From: Sphyrna mokarran
Lineage: Eukaryota
DNA length: 64,000 nt
Direction: 5' to 3'
NCBI GenBank assembly: GCA_024679065.1
Contig: JAGIQG010000010.1
Coordinates: 82,646,001-82,710,000 of the forward strand
Both the position numbers and the translations under genes were made by a program. Shown here in pieces: positions 63,051 through 64,000 of the stretch (position 1 is its first letter; each line of letters begins with the position of its first letter). The notes under the pieces were generated by a model. It saw only the letters and a list, made by a program, of their open reading frames with translations. It was not told where the DNA came from and did no database searches.

Positions 63051-63990
63051 TGAGCTTTGCATTGCACCCGTTTTCAGGTGCGAAAACTTGGTAAAGTTGG
63101 GCATGAAATGAATAGCACAATCTGTACCTGCGTCCATGCAGATTCCCATTTTACCGAAAATGGTTGTATTCAGCACCTTGCCCAAAATAGGCACTTAATG
63201 AGCTGAACACCCAATCTTACCAGCATTTCTCCCTTTACCATCGCATTCACCGTCCAGATTTGGCGCAAAACAGACAAGCTCGGCAAAGATCTATATCAGG
63301 TTCTCCAACTTCTGAAGAGATAGATTCAGAGATCCTAATGGCTCTCTGACTCAGATCGGTGGTAGTAGTGGCAAGGCAGGCCAGATTATTCTCTGGTGGG
63401 GCAGGGAGGGAGGACTGATCATTCTCTGGTGATGAGCAGGGGGAGGAGGAGGAGGGAGGCCAGATAATTCTATAGCAGTTGGGAGGTGGGGGAAGGGAGA
63501 CCAGATCGTTCTCTGGTTGGGGACAGGGAGGAGGAAGGAGGCTAGATCATTCTCTGGTTGTGTGGGTGGGGTGGGGGAGGGGAGGAGAGGTAGGCCAGAT
63601 CATTCTTTGGTGTGGGTGTGGGTGGGGGGATTAGGAGCAGAAGAGTCCACTGCCACTTTGCAGACGATCGGTATGAAGGGAAAGGGGCAGGGGGTCACGA
63701 AATAGGGAGATGGGTAGATAAGGGAGACAGTTATGTTGTGGAGGTGGGGTGATATCTGTGGGGGCCATTGCTCCCAGGTCACTTAATCTTATTTTTGCAG
63801 CTCGGGAGTGATCTGACACGGGAGTGCTTTTCAATTTTTTTACACACCGTACTTGCAGTTGAAGGCCCTGATTGGAGCTGCAGTGTTTCGGACACATTAA
63901 ACCCTACTACTCAAACTTGCAATTTTTTTCAGGCTGAGTGCATATGGGGCACCTGAAAACAGGTTTACGAAGTGAATCTGAATAAAGCCC
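63051..63990. mobile_element. Non-autonomous DNA transposon (Harbinger-like) with internal G-rich repeats
   Basis: Subterminal inverted repeat acccgttttcaggtgc / gcacctgaaaacaggt, ends gagcttt / aaagccc, and six ccagatcattctctgg-like units at 63380-63612. Confidence 0.55.
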
Positions 63991-64000
63991 AGATTCAGCA

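Noticed and set aside
63380-63630. Repeat-spacer pattern superficially like a CRISPR array
   Set aside because: Vertebrate DNA, short degenerate repeats, low-complexity G-rich spacers and no cas genes.

Overview
This is vertebrate DNA, almost certainly cartilaginous fish (shark-like), and it is intergenic or deep-intronic. No recognisable multi-exon host gene is present. Most of the window is transposon debris: many CR1/HER1 LINE 3' fragments (one young 1.6-kb copy with an uninterrupted RT frame at ~26930-28506), HE1/V-SINEs, DeuSINE-type and other tRNA SINEs, L2 and Rex1/Babar ends, a decayed Gypsy pol, Harbinger-type non-autonomous elements, and Penelope-like elements (PLEs). One Harbinger element holds a transposase remnant and a 15-bp minisatellite. 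A solitary, diverged but full-length histone H2B ORF lies at 42666-43040 (-). The most interesting structure is the PLE set. Termini carry minimal hammerhead-ribozyme motifs with covarying stem II. Short palindromic PLE-end insertions have 12-14-bp TSDs and a one-sided tail. One of them captured an inverted copy of nearby flanking DNA, and one PLE is nested antisense inside another. Young CR1 copies show snap-back or duplicated 5' junctions. A CpG-retaining, repeat-free island contains a clean 114-nt exon candidate at 23730-23843 (-). Repeat boundaries are approximate (tens of bp) unless TSDs are quoted, and family names come from recognition by eye, not database searches.
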